Shown here: positions 25,651 through 38,770 of the stretch, one piece after another | How positions within the stretch are numbered: the first letter of the stretch is position 1 | Layout: every line of letters starts with the position of its first letter | NCBI GenBank assembly: GCA_030264375.1 | Contig: JASCQW010000148.1 | Coordinates: 13,695,411 to 13,759,410, forward strand | Reading direction: 5' to 3' | Origin: Carcharhinus longimanus | Taxonomy: Eukaryota | Length of the DNA: 64,000 nt | Position numbers and translations under genes: made by a program | The notes under the pieces: model-generated | What the model saw: the letters and a program-made list of their open reading frames with translations, nothing else | Told to the model about the DNA's origin: nothing | The model's database searches: none

Positions 25651-27853
25651 TTTATAAAGATGTACAGAATGTCTGTAAAAAATGTAAAATACTACAGGAG
25701 AAATAATAGCGTATGGTCCCTTTAAAAGCTGATTGCGTCAGTGCCTTTAAAAGTGGCTTTGTTCAGTGCTGAAATGTTTAAAATACGGAGTACATACAGA
25801 CATTTCTTTCCAGCATCAAGCCACAGGATTGCCTTGGTAACCAGCTCTGTAGGTTTTTGTATTTTGTTAGCCAATGAGTTTAAAGAAGACACTCAGCTAA
25901 CAGCCTATGAGTTTAAAGAGAACACTCAGCAAAAGGAAACATATCAGATTTGAATTTGCTGTTGTTGTCAGCATCAAACCAATCCTGATGTCTAGATTGC
26001 ATAGGTCATCAGGAATATAAAAAAGAATCTCAATTGCTTTCAGTTCAGTCCCTCAATCCACCAGGGATTGAACCAGGGGTTCAACCAGAAGCAGGGCCCG
26101 ATCACCTGAATCAGTTAAAGGTAGTTAGATCAATGGAACAGTTGGTTCTTAACTCTGCCAGCTTCAGACATGTCTCAAAATAAAATACCCTCTAACCAGT
26201 GAAAAGCACCAAATCAGACAGCACTTACACATAGCGGACTACTATCAAAGAACTCCAAAACTTCCGAATGCTGTCACACCGGGTTGTACATTTTCTTCGA
26301 GAGGAACTAAAATTCTGTTATTATTGTTTTGGTAATGAATGTTCTTTATGTTTATCTGAACAGCATTTCAGTCAAACTTTCCTTTAATTAAAATGTTTCT
26401 GGTTTGTTAAAGTTCTTGTTTGGTTCAAAAAATAAAATAACTTGTTAATTATTTTCTTAAAGTGAGTGTCAGGTCTTTATGCTAATTAACCTCTAACTAT
26501 TAAGGTAGAACACTTGACACTTCTCAAATACTTTTACCAGATTATGAAAAGATNNNNNNNNNNNNNNNNNNNNNNNNNNNNNNNNNNNNNNNNNNNNNNN
26601 NNNNNNNNNNNNNNNNNNNNNNNNNNNNNNNNNNNNNNNNNNNNNNNNNNNNNNNNNNNNNNNNNNNNNNNNNNNNNNNNNNNNNNNNNNNNNNNNNNNN
26701 NNNNNNNNNNNNNNNNNNNNNNNNNNNNNNNNNNNNNNNNNNNNNNNNNNNNNNNNNNNNNNNNNNNNNNNNNNNNNNNNNNNNNNNNNNNNNNNNNNNN
26801 NNNNNNNNNNNNNNNNNNNNNNNNNNNNNNNNNNNNNNNNNNNNNNNNNNNNNNNNNNNNNNNNNNNNNNNNNNNNNNNNNNNNNNNNNNNNNNNNNNNN
26901 NNNNNNNNNNNNNNNNNNNNNATTCCACGCCCTTACTACCCTGTGAGTAAAGAGGAAGTGGGGTCTGGGGGGAGGGGGGCTGGGCATCTGAAGAGGCGGG
27001 GCCGGGCAGGAGGACCAACTGCCACTCTGCATCACAATTGGAAATGAGGACGGGGCCCCGTGGCCACTGCAGGAGATTGTAGGGTTGAGTTTGGTCTGGG
27101 CGGTAGCGGGGAGGATATTTCCAGATGATGTGGGACTTGCGATCACCTGCAGGTTCCTGTGGTAGCTTGGTTGGGGGGTGGGGGTGCGCGTTCTTTGAGG
27201 TCATCTGCAGCAGATCTCTCTGTCATTCCTCTGCTGTTGCAATTACACATGTGCAGTCACAAGAGTCTGCACATGAGCAATAGATCCCTCCACTGCTGGA
27301 ACAGGTTGCTGGTGAATTAAGCCTTGTCCACTGCCTTTGGTGGCTAGAAATGGTCTAGCCCTTTTTTTCCATAGTCTAAGTCCCTAAGATTAGAAGTAAA
27401 GACCCCCCAAAAACACATCTGAAACTCTCCCAGGTTCGTGCTAGTTGCATACTTAGAATTTTTCTCGTAAGATCGCCCCCTTGATTCACTTATTGTCAAT
27501 ATTGTGTCATCATCAAGGTGTGGGCGACACAATGGCACAATGGTTAGCACTGCTGCCTCACAGCGCCAGGGATCCAGGTACAATTCCTGACTTGGGTCAC
27601 TGTCTGTGTGGAGTTTGCACATTCTCCCCTTGTCTGCATGGGTTTCCTCCGACAGTCTGAAAGACATGCTGGTTAGGTGCCTGAGTGTGGCGAATAGGGT
27701 AATTTCACAGTTACTTCATTGCAATGTTAATGTAAATCTTACTTGTGACTACTTTTAATCACCCAAAAAATTCTTAGGAAGTAACATTATGTAATACAGT
27801 TTCTAGGTTTGTAAATGTTCTGAAATATCTTTTAGAATTTTTAGAAAACCAAC

Positions 27854-28013
27854 CTGTCTTTTGCTTGATAATCTGTGCTCGCATGCTCTGAAGCCTTACT
27901 TCCTCATTCATCACTTCTTGTTTTGACAAGAAAAGTTGCGAATTCTTCTCACTGATCTGAGCATTTAGTTCTCCTTTTTGGGCACTCATCTCTTCAAGCA
28001 ATGTCTTCATTTC
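27854..28013 (-). CDS. CNTRL: CNTRL exon (EMKTLLEEMSAQKGELNAQISE...)
   Basis: ttacag acceptor, gttggt donor, 160 nt. Confidence 0.94.
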
Positions 28014-28859
28014 CTGTAAAATATAAATTTATTAACTATCCTGAGAAGAAAATTTAAAATGTTTTAATATATAGAAACAAACAGCAGACTAATTAGCCAA
28101 TCTGGAAAGATTAGAAAAGTTAACATTTTGGATGTTACCTTTGACAAGGAATACAGACTTTTAGTTAGCATACATACTTGTTACTGAGAAAGCCAAGCCC
28201 AGACAGAGCAGATGTCCTAACATTTGGTTTGGAAATGATTTTCTCTTTAACCCATCATAAAACCTGCAAAGTTTTGAGGTCTTACAGACCAGTTAGGGTC
28301 TTCACAATTTCTTCTCCAAATAAATAAGCCTCACGTGGCCCAGAAGAGCTCTATTCATTTTAATGGTAACTGGTTCATTATTCTTTCAAGGAATCTGATC
28401 TAGGGCAGTTAGTTAGAGGGAAGCTCACTATTTATTGGCAGGGTTCTGCGCACTCAGTAGATTTATGATCCTCTTAGAGGCTATCACCATTTAAAAAACT
28501 TGTGAATTCCCTGTGATCAAGGCAAAGAATTGCACAAGATTTCAGGTTTAAGACTTTCATTGTAACAAAAACAAACAAAATTAATGAATTAAACATTATT
28601 TAATAGACAACTAATACAAGAAAGGTAGACTAGTTTGAAAAGAGTGGCGACCACCAAGTACAGTAGCTTTTTACTATTTATTAACAGGAATAACTACACA
28701 TTCAAAGAGTGAGAAAGATGCTCCTAATGATTTCGACTCCAGTTTCAGGGAAAACCCATGCAGTGCCAGCCTGGATTCGCGTGCTTTAGCCCAAATGACT
28801 GAATGGGTCACATAACGCTCCGAAATCACACACCTTAAAGGAGTTCACCATTGTATCCT

Positions 28860-31800
28860 CCCCCTTCCCCCAACACACACTTTAAGTCCCTACTAATACA
28901 TACCAACAAAGTTAAATGATTTACAATATAACACCATAAATGAATTCTTTTGCAGTCTATTATAAAGTCAGTCTGTAGTGGGGGGCAGTTTCTCTTCCTC
29001 TGGGAGAAAACATCTCAACAGGCGGTGCTCAACAGCAGGGACTCTGACTTTCAAAAATTGGACTTCCAACTTGTTAAGGTGCATCAGTGCAGATCACTTC
29101 TTTACTTCTTGATGCCACTCCCATCTTCTCGATGATCTAAATGCTTCTTTAAAATTTTATCTTGAACTTCGACTTCATACGATACCAGGCCCATCCTGGT
29201 CATGACAACACCTGGGACCCAACTCTGACCATTCTTAAAATTTTTAGCAAAGACTAGATCATCCATTTTGAATGTCCCTCATGCTTTGTTGACTCATGAT
29301 GATGTTTCTTTTGCGCATTTTACTTTGCTTCCACCTTCTCTACCAAATTTGGAATACATCAGGTTTAACCTGCTTTGAATGCACCTACCCATCAGCAACT
29401 CAGCAGCAGTTACTCCTGTGTTCTGTTGTTTTATAGGTAATAAGAAAATGCGCTAATTTGGTCTGTAGGGATGCTGGTGATTGCCTTTGTCTTGGTTGTT
29501 TTAAAAGTTTGCACAGCCCTCTCCGGCAATCTGTTTGAGGAGGGGTGGCACAGTGCAATATGCATATGCTTAATGCCATCTGATGACATGAAATACTGGA
29601 ACTTTTCATTGGTAAATGCTGTCCACTGTCCAAAATCAAAACCCCTGGCAAACCATGGGTGGTGAAGGCTTGCCATTACTTTTCCATTGTTGCTAAAGAA
29701 GTCATGGATTTCATTTCATAGGTGTTTGGTCATTTTAATGTGCATCCACTTTAAGTAGGAACACTGTGCTCAAAAACAAGCCTACACAATCAATGTGGAG
29801 TCTCACCCATGGCCATCATGGCTACTCACTTTAGGGTTGCTGATGGTAAACTTTGTTGTACCTGACATTGGTCACACTGTTTAACCATGCTTTCTATATC
29901 TACATCTAACCCAGGCCACCACACAAAGCTGAGAGCCAACATTTTCATCTTGGAAATCCCTGGACACTGTGTAATTGCTCCATAACTTCCTGCCAGGTGT
30001 AGGAATAACTGCCTTCACTCCCCACAGAAGGATGCCACCTTTGCAGCTCAATTCATCCTTCCTTATTTAAAAGGTTTTAGTTGTTTAGACATTATATTGT
30101 AACGCCTGTCATGAAGAATCACACGCTTAATTCTGGACAATACTGGATCCCTCTGAGTCTAGTATTTGATCTGTGGTGACAGCAGGGGTAGCGTATTGAG
30201 GAAATTCAAGGCGAGGATAATTACTTGTGGAGCCGGCGTGGCAGCATACTTTCTTGTAGTGGGAGACAGCTCAAGGCTTGTGCATTTGATATATGTGTCG
30301 CTGGTCTGTGTTAGAAGGTATATTCATAAGTGGTGAACCATAAAGCCTAAGTTTGCATCCCTGTAGACACTATTGGTCATTCTGTCTTCTCTAAATATGC
30401 CTAATAGAAGTTTATGATCAGTAATTATGGTGAAATGCATTCCATAAACATATTGGTGGAATTTATTTATAAAAATGATGGTCAACCCCTCTTTCTCAAT
30501 CTGTGAGTATGCTTACTTTGCATCAGTTAGGGTTCTTGAAGCATAATTGGTGGATCTTCTTAACTCGTTCTTCATTTCACATGACAAAACAACTCCAATT
30601 TCACAAGTGAGAATGATTTATTTTGAAGGATTAAAATGCATTAAAAGGCAGGATGATTGCAGGGCTCATTTCACCTGTCTGAAAGCTTTGTTTTGCTGTC
30701 TCTTCCAGTACCATTAATAAAACACGTAGAGATGCCAATATCATAGACAAGTTTGGAATAAACCTTCTGTAATAATTTAATGTTTCAAGGTAAGATTTTA
30801 ATTCTGATACATTCCTTGGGACTGGTGCTTCTTTAATGGCCCTAATGTTATCTTCCATTGGGTGCAACCCTTGTGCATCTATGCTAAACCCTAAATAAAT
30901 CATCCTGTTTACCTTATTGTGCATTTCTTTCCCTTTAATCTTAATTCAGTTTTCTGGAATCTTTTTAAAACCACCGCTAGGCTGGTTAGGTGCTCTTCTT
31001 TTGGGGCTCCTGTGATTAGCACATCATCCAAATAAACATCTACCTTAGATAAATCTTGTAACATGCTCTCTTGAAAGGTTGCACAAGCCGATGAGATTCC
31101 AAATGGCAATCTGTTGTATTGGTATATGCTCTTATGTGTGTTAATAATGACAAAGTCCTTGGTTGTATCATCCAGTTCCAGCTGCTGGTATGCATGATTT
31201 ATGTCTACCTTTAGTGTAAGTTAGACCTCCAGGTAGCTTAGTGCGCATGTCCTCTACTTTAGATATCAAGTACATCTCCAATTCATCATTAACTTGTAGT
31301 CTCCACATATTTGTACAGTCTTATCTGGCTTACGTATTGGCACAATGTGAGCTTCCATCCCATAAACTGCACAGGCTTGATAATGCCCAAATCTTCTAAT
31401 GCTTAAGTTCAGTCTCTACCTTCTCATGTAGTGAATATGGCATGAGTTTTGCTCTGTAAAATTTTGGTGTAGCCTTTGGATGCATGTAAATTTTGCCTTG
31501 TACTTCTTGAAATGCCCCCAGGTATTGCCTGAGGACATCATGTAGTTCTGTTCATTAATTTTGAAAATTTCTAGCCAATTAAATTTTATTTCCTGAAGCC
31601 AATTTTATCCCATCAAGCTTGGCCCTCAACTATAATTAAAGGCAATTGGGAAGACTGCTGTCTGTAACTCACAGGTGCTGTTGTTGTTCCCAAAATCCGT
31701 ATAGCTGCCCCTGTATACAGTCTTGATATGGGGTACATTGCCATCCTGATTACAGTGTTTTTTAAATTTCAGGGGTTGGACTCTAATGAGGCTTTGCAGA

Positions 31801-31870
31801 TAGCCTGACTCAATTTAATGGCCTTGGAATGTAGAAGGTGGAGTGATGCAAATGTGCAGCCATCTTTGAT
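28860..31870 (-). mobile_element. Gypsy pol relic (protease region, RT, RNase H, integrase), many frameshifts
   Basis: PFGISSA, VYLDDVLITG, YLGFSIDAQGLHP, HPSSNRLPERAVQTFK. Confidence 0.9.
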
Positions 31871-32014
31871 CGTGTTTTCAAGTCTTTTTTTCACAATTCA
31901 AGTAGAGGCTTCCAGCCAGTAAATTCAAAAATATTTCTTTGACATAAAGATTGTACAACAATATTGAAAAATTTTAGCAGAATACATTTTGCACTGAAAA
32001 ATAAATGTACTGAC

Positions 32015-32179
32015 CCGAATTTGGCGCTGCTTATCAACTACCTCTGCATTAACATCATTTAGAACTTCCACTAGGCGTGCTTTTTTCTCTTCAATATCAT
32101 TCTGAAAAAAGTGAAGCTCCTCTTTCTTTTTGCTTGAACACCTATCCAACATCATTAACTCTTTCTGCACCGCCTCAAC
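32015..32179 (-). CDS. CNTRL: CNTRL exon (VEAVQ...KKEELH...QIR)
   Basis: tgtcag acceptor, gtcagt donor, 165 nt. Confidence 0.92.
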
Positions 32180-33996
32180 CTGACAAGAAGGAAGAGAAGT
32201 CACAATATCAATGTTGTAAATATACTAAGCAATTAAAATTGGTTTTCAATTTAAAATTGAAATGATTAGTATTGTAATGGATCCTTTGTCTACACTAATG
32301 TATTAATTTTGTGTGCTTTAATTTTTTGCTGTATCAACTTTTAAAGTTAAGTTTCTCTTCAATCTGTAGAATCTTCCACATCACACTGAATGCAGTGGCT
32401 GATAGGCTAGCTACTGACCAACATTAAAGTCTTTGATTATGTTGGTCTGTTGCCAGATTTTCACAAAGTCAGGGAAAAATGCTAGACAGGACCCAATTCC
32501 TGCACTCATTCCTAACTCTCCTAATTTTCACCAGTGTTGGAGAAGGGTGCAAGTTAGCCAGCTCTATTGCAGGAGGTTTATCCTAGCCTCTCCAAATTTT
32601 CATGGAATTGGGCCAGCATCCAGATGACTCATGCTTCACAGCCCCTCATAGATGTCCTGAACCATGGTGAGGGAACCTTTTGAAAAATAACTTTAAAAGG
32701 TCTTTCTTACCCATGCTCCTTATGCCAATCTATACCCTCCCCCTTCCTCCAATGGCTCCTCATACCCTCTATGTCAAACTGTGCTCTTCCCCAATCATCC
32801 CTCATATCCTCTTTGCCAACTTCAATGCCCATTTACCTAGGATATACCCTACATAGAACCAGTGAATCCTATAAAAACAATGATGTATGGAAACACCTAA
32901 AAAGACAGTTCATAACTTTCTTACAAAGCAACTGTTACAACTCTATTAAAGTGTCAACAACCAGATCTTTAAAGTAGCAACAGCAGAAACTACAAGCATT
33001 TGACGTCTCTATTTTATGTGAATGGACATTGAACCATTGACAAAAAAGATGTCAGGAAAAAGACTTGTCAATCAAGTAACGTTCTCCCTTGTGTGTACAT
33101 GTTTCAACAGGCTAATGGAAGTTTGGGTGCCCAGCAAAGCTTGCATAAAGCAGCATGGCTGAGAGCCCAGACTTCCAATAGTCGGTTCAAATAGATGCAT
33201 ACAAGAGAAATATTAATGGATTGACAGTTTTTTAAGATCTAAAACGAAGAAATGCCAAGTGCTGGCTGCTTCTATGATTGATACTGTAAAGGTATGGTTG
33301 ATTGACACATTTATAGGAGTGTTGTACCAACACTTTAAAAAAAGTTATGAAGGGCTGATTTTATGCTTTTCCACAATGCCATTGTTACTTTAGAATGCAC
33401 CGGTTTTATACAGAGTGCATTTTGGATGAATGTGTATGTAAGTGCAATGAGTTGGCATGGAGGGTTTGAGGAATCAGTGGGGATGAGTCGAGTGGCATGG
33501 AGAGTACGAGAGATCATTGAGGGTGGGTGGGGCATGGGTTTACATAGATAAGGAGTGGCTGAGGGCTAGAGGGCCCAATATTTAATAAAACAACTGGGAG
33601 GCAAGCCTCTTAACCAGTCCATCTCGGCACTCCCTGTGGCCAGCTCCTAATGCTTCCAAGGGAGGCAGACCTGACTCCATCACCCACCCACCCCCATAGC
33701 AAAAACTGCACTTTTCAACCCCATTTTTCCCTGAGGCAGGTGTGTCGAGCCAGGTAGGTTCCTGACTCCTGCTACCTGCCTCTAACATGAAAATCCATCC
33801 CAAAGAAGTAAATGATAGCAGCTATTTAATATTTCAGAATATTCTAACCTGTATGCACCTTGCTCAATTCTTCAACAGCGAAAACTAAATTTATTATTTC
33901 TGACATCCATTTCTTTGTTCAACTCAGCTTTGCCAAGATGAACTATCCTTTCAACAGAATAAATTGATTTAATTCAGTGACATCTTCTGAAATTAC

Positions 33997-34123
33997 CTTC
34001 ATATTTAGACTTTCCAATTCACTCCTTTGGTCATGTAACAATGTTGCTGTTTCTTTCAGTGTTTCCAGGTGCTGTTTTTCTTTGGTTTCAGCCAACTGAA
34101 TCTCTGTTTGTAGTTTTTCTAGA
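33997..34123 (-). CDS. CNTRL: CNTRL exon (LEKLQTEIQLAE...LNMK)
   Basis: gtttag acceptor, gtaatt donor, 127 nt. Confidence 0.92.
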
Positions 34124-35393
34124 CTAAACATTAAAAAGATAATTAATAAACTCTGCTGTATTGCAGTTTACTATAGGTATAATAAAGTGGCTGGGATTTT
34201 CCTGGCCCGTGCGCAAATCCCATTAAGGATGCTAACTCACACAATAAGCCATAACAGGATTTGTGCTGGGGAGATTTGAGAATCAAATCTTTCCTGCCAC
34301 CGTTGGCGACATAATCAGGTTCAAGCTTAGCGAGGGCATGAAACTGATTTCCATCAATTTAAATAGACACAAATGGCTTCATGCCGTAACTTCTGCCAGT
34401 GCAGACTGGCATTGCCAGGGTGCCAAGGACAGGGCTAGAGGCGAGGCCTCTAGGGAACCCAACTGGGGCCTTCCCACTGCTGCGCAGTGATGATTGGTGG
34501 AGTGGGAGGGAGGGAGCACTGTCTGCATTGTGAGGGGTGGATGGGAGCTCTGATGCCAGGGGGGATGACAGTCTTTAACTTCAATATGAGATCAGAGCCT
34601 TTTAGGCCCTGCCTCTCAGGATTGAAAGTGCCAAACATGCCGCTGTCCCCCCAACCCACTTTTTTTTTTGACAAAGTATCAGAAGATCTAGAGAAAAAAA
34701 TCTGTTTCCATGGAGTAAAACATGCTGATTTGATTGCCTGTTTTCTTTGGAAGTTCTGCCCATTATGTTAGCCATACCAGCAAACATTACTTTAATGAGG
34801 CTAATTCCCTGAATAAAGAACCTTTTTAAGGTTCATTAGTGCTTTCCTATTTGTAAAGCTGCTGAACTTCATCCTTTAATTAATTTTAAATTATATGGTA
34901 TGCAAAACTACAGAGCAGTTATAAATAGAACCTAGCTAGAACATGCAAAATGTGTAGCCACTGAAGTCTTCTTCTAAAAATAAGGAAGTAATAGATTGAT
35001 CATTCTTTAATTATCAAGTTCTGTTATCAAAGGATGAGCATGTTTTGTTTCATTTGTTTTACTGGACAGCCAGTTTAAATCCTTCGAAGAATTAATTGAC
35101 ACTAAGATGGGGTCTTAATTTAAGAAGCTATTTGTAACTAATTATCCTTTCACACAAATTTAAATATTTCACTTTTGCCTGCCTGGATCTGTTTGGGGGC
35201 TCAACTGTTAACTGTATTTATTAATGCTTCATAGGACAGGATAGGGAACCATATGCCCAAGTTTGTCAATGACAAAGATAGGCAGCATTGTAAGTAGTGT
35301 ACATGGAAATATAAAATTACAGAGAGATTGTAATAGATTAAGTTAATAGGCAAAACTGTGACAAATGGATTTTAGGGTAGTGAGGGGAACAGA

Positions 35394-36310
35394 GGGCCCG
35401 ATTTTACCATCATGTTGCACCAGCTTTTGGGTGCGAAAACTTGGTAAAGTCAGGCATGAGGCGAGTAGCGCGATCCGCGCCCACCTCCACACCAGTTCCC
35501 CCTTTATCAAGGGCCAAAAATGGCCATGATTGAGACCGCGCCCGAAATGCGCGATGGCCATTTAGATGTATTTGCACGCATTTAGATTGACTTAATGGAC
35601 TGTACACCCAATCTTACCGATAACTTACCACCTCATTCGCCCATCCAGAATCGGCCTGAAACAGACATGCTGCATATAAGTCTGGTTTGGGCGCTCCAGT
35701 TAGTGAGGAGGTAACTGCCGAGCATCTAATGACTCTCTGCTTGAGATCGGGGTGGAGGGAGGAAGGGTCCGCTGCTGTTCTGCCTGAGATCAGTGGGTGG
35801 GGGTGGTAAANNNNNNNNNNNNNNNNNNNNNNNNNNNNNNNNNNNNNNNNNNNNNNNNNNNNNNNNNNNNNNNNNNNNNNNNNNNNNNNNNNNNNNNNNN
35901 NNNNNNNNNNGGGGGCCTTCTGCCAGTCTACCTGAGATTGGTGGGGGGGGGGCGCGATTGGTCTGGATGGCGGAGGAGTTGGGGGGATAAGGTGGTCGTA
36001 ATGTTGGTGGGGGTGGAACAATGTCTGTGGGGGCCAGGGGGGCATTATCCGGTCCAGAGGGATGTGGCAGAGGAGCGGCATTCTATCATTTTTTTTCTGC
36101 ACATGCACAGTTGGAGGCTTTGATCGGAGCTGCAAGGTTTTGGGCACGTTAAGCTCCGCCCACAGGCTTGTGTAGCTCGATTTGGAATTGTTGATTTTTT
36201 TAAGGCAGGTGCGTATGGGGGTGTCTGAGAACAGGCTTAAAAGTCACATCTGAAACACTCCAGTTTCAAGTCCGCCCAGCACTTTGAATCAAAATGGTAA
36301 AATAGGGCCC
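35394..36310. mobile_element. Non-autonomous DNA transposon (Harbinger-like MITE) inserted in a CR1 fragment
   Basis: 17-bp TIR gggcccgattttaccat / atggtaaaatagggccc (1 mismatch); AGA duplicated on both flanks. Confidence 0.85.
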
Positions 36311-37633
36311 AGATAGAGAGGAACTATTTCCATTGGTTAAGGAATCTAGCAACACAGCACATAGTTTAAAATTTGGAGCTAGGCCTTTTAGGTGCGAAGT
36401 CAGGAAACACTTCTACATGCAAAAAGTGATAGAAATTTGGAACTGTTCTGTAAATGAAAATTGATGTTGGATCAATTGTTAATTTTAAATCTGAGTTTGA
36501 TAGATTTCTGTTAACCAAAGGTATAAGAGGTGATGGGATATACGGCAAATGTGAGCATACAGACATAGGTCGCAAATCAGCCATGAACTTATTGAAAATA
36601 GGCTGGATAAGCTAAATGGCTTATTCCAGTTCTGATATTCTCCACCAGTTATAAGGAGGTGAAGAGGAAGTCAATGCCAAGAGCTTAGCTGGTTTTTGAC
36701 TTAACCCTCTGGTGATTGGCACCTATCACATCCTAGCCACTGATGATAGGCCCTGCAGGGATAGGGCTAGCAGCTTATCTCAATCTTAGGGCTGCAATGC
36801 TGCAAATTCAATGACCTCTCTAGATTCATCAAGGTAAGAATATTCAGACCTTCATCACATCGGACCCCAACTTATAAAACCCCTCTTTCCTTGCTTCCCT
36901 TCACTCTCCTATAATCATGCACCACACTGGTCCAACTATTTCTCCTTGTGCTCAGACGCATCACTAACGTAAACCTCACTTCTCTACAACTTTCATTTTA
37001 CACATTGCTTTGGTTGAACAAAGCAGACACATAATCTAAACACCTCACAAGAATGTATTAACATAACTCCCTCTTACTTACAGAAGGCAGCTAGGACCAT
37101 TTTCAATAGGGGGTTTCTGCCAAAGAAGCTGAACCTGCCTGCAAACCCACTGCCGTGTGGAAGAAAACGGCGAGCTATCAGGAGCTAGGGGAAAGTCTGG
37201 ATTGTGGGGCAATGCTGGAGGAGACTGCACAATATCTTTTTAGACACATATCATTCATTCCTTTATTATTTTCATCTCACTCTACACACTATGGAAGACA
37301 AGCACTAACTTCTTTCAATAGATTACACATTAAAAGCTAATACTCCTTCCTCCCTTTTAAACATACTTTAGAGAATAGATTAGATGGCTGAACCTTCCAT
37401 GCTTAATCATCTCTACTATACGCAAGGTCAGGTTAAGGTATAAGATACCACAGGTGCCAGCTCATTGGAAAGTAAAGTTATAAACCAGCTCTGTTGCAGA
37501 TAATTCACTACAGACCTCTAGGGCCTACACTTCTAAAGAAGATATTGGGCACATTAGGATATTGACCTTGAACAGAATTCATTCAAAACTGGAGGTAAAA
37601 AAGAATTGCATCAAATAGTTATTATCCACTTGC

Positions 37634-37774
37634 CTTTCAGTCATGATTTCTTTTTTCTGGGTGAGTGCCTGGAATTCTGAATCCCCTTTAGCTATCTCTT
37701 TGCTAATTTCTTTCAGAATATTCTCCTGTTCAGTTTTGCGTTGTGCAAGATCTTTTGAGTCTGTCTTCATTAGT
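37634..37774 (-). CDS. CNTRL: CNTRL exon (LMKTDSKDL...QENILKEI...), GC donor
   Basis: tctcag acceptor; AAG|gcaagt donor needed for the phase-2 join to 34123. Confidence 0.9.
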
Positions 37775-38555
37775 CTGAGAAAAATCACATTTTATTATTA
37801 CTACAAATAGTACTAGCAACATAATGAAGAATCAAGTATTTCCCACTTAGTGACAACTTCCATTCTAGTACTAGATTAGGCGAGATGTAGATTTGATTTA
37901 GGATGACACCTACATGCATACTTGATATTTCTTGACTATTTGAAAAGTACAACCAAGATATTTCCATTTCTGACATATTCAATCCTCAATGGTCAAGGAC
38001 TACAATAGATAGGAATCTCCAGAGATATTCATTTGGATCATTAGTAGCAGTGCTGGTGAATATTAGTTCTGCTCAAGTGCCTCAATTGTAAGTTTATGAA
38101 AATGGTCAGAGAATCAAAAAAATCAAAGGAATCTAAAACGTCATTGAAGGTTTGATGTGAATGTGTGGAATTCACTACCACAGAAAGTAGCTGAGGCAAA
38201 AGTGTTGTCTGATTTCAAGAAGAAATTAGATATACCTTTTGGGACTTAAGGGATATGGGGGTGAGGGGGGTCAGGGGGGAGTGCAGGGGCTGGGAAATCA
38301 GGATACTGAACTTGATGACCAGCCATGATAGAAATGAATGGTGGAACAGGCTCAAAGGACCAAATGGCCTAATTACTGCTTCCAGTTTCTATGTTCTCCT
38401 CATATAGGCTAGAAAGTTTTGGATGTTCTCATGGGATCTTCTGATTCGACAATGGCGAAAACTGCCGCAGCAGGTATTCTGGCAGCAGGTGGTGCTGAGA
38501 ACAGGAAACCCCATTGATGGTGGCGGAATCATAAGATCCCACTGGCAGCCAATAG

Positions 38556-38770
38556 CAGTAAAAAGTCTGACAACACTAGGTTTTAGTCCAACCGATTTAT
38601 TTGATAGTAAACGCACGAGCTTTCGAGGTTTCCCTCTTCGTCAGGTGAATGGAGAGTTCTGGCCTTGAAAGCTTGTGCATTTACTATCAAATAAATCGGT
38701 TGGACTAAAACCTGGTGTTGTCAGACTTTTTACTGTGTTTATCCCAGTCCAATGCCGGCACATCCACATG
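38556..38770. mobile_element. Penelope-like pLTR ends in inverted arrangement
   Basis: 69-bp arms 38556-38624 and 38667-38735 with 3 mismatches; same terminus at 40361 and 46467. Confidence 0.88.
38614..38647 (-). ncRNA. Minimal type I hammerhead ribozyme motif
   Basis: Minus strand reads CAC-CUGACGA-A-GAGG-GAAA-CCUC-GAAA-GCUC-GUG: core boxes, stem II with GNRA loop, palindromic AGCU helix III, stem I CAC/GUG. Confidence 0.8.
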
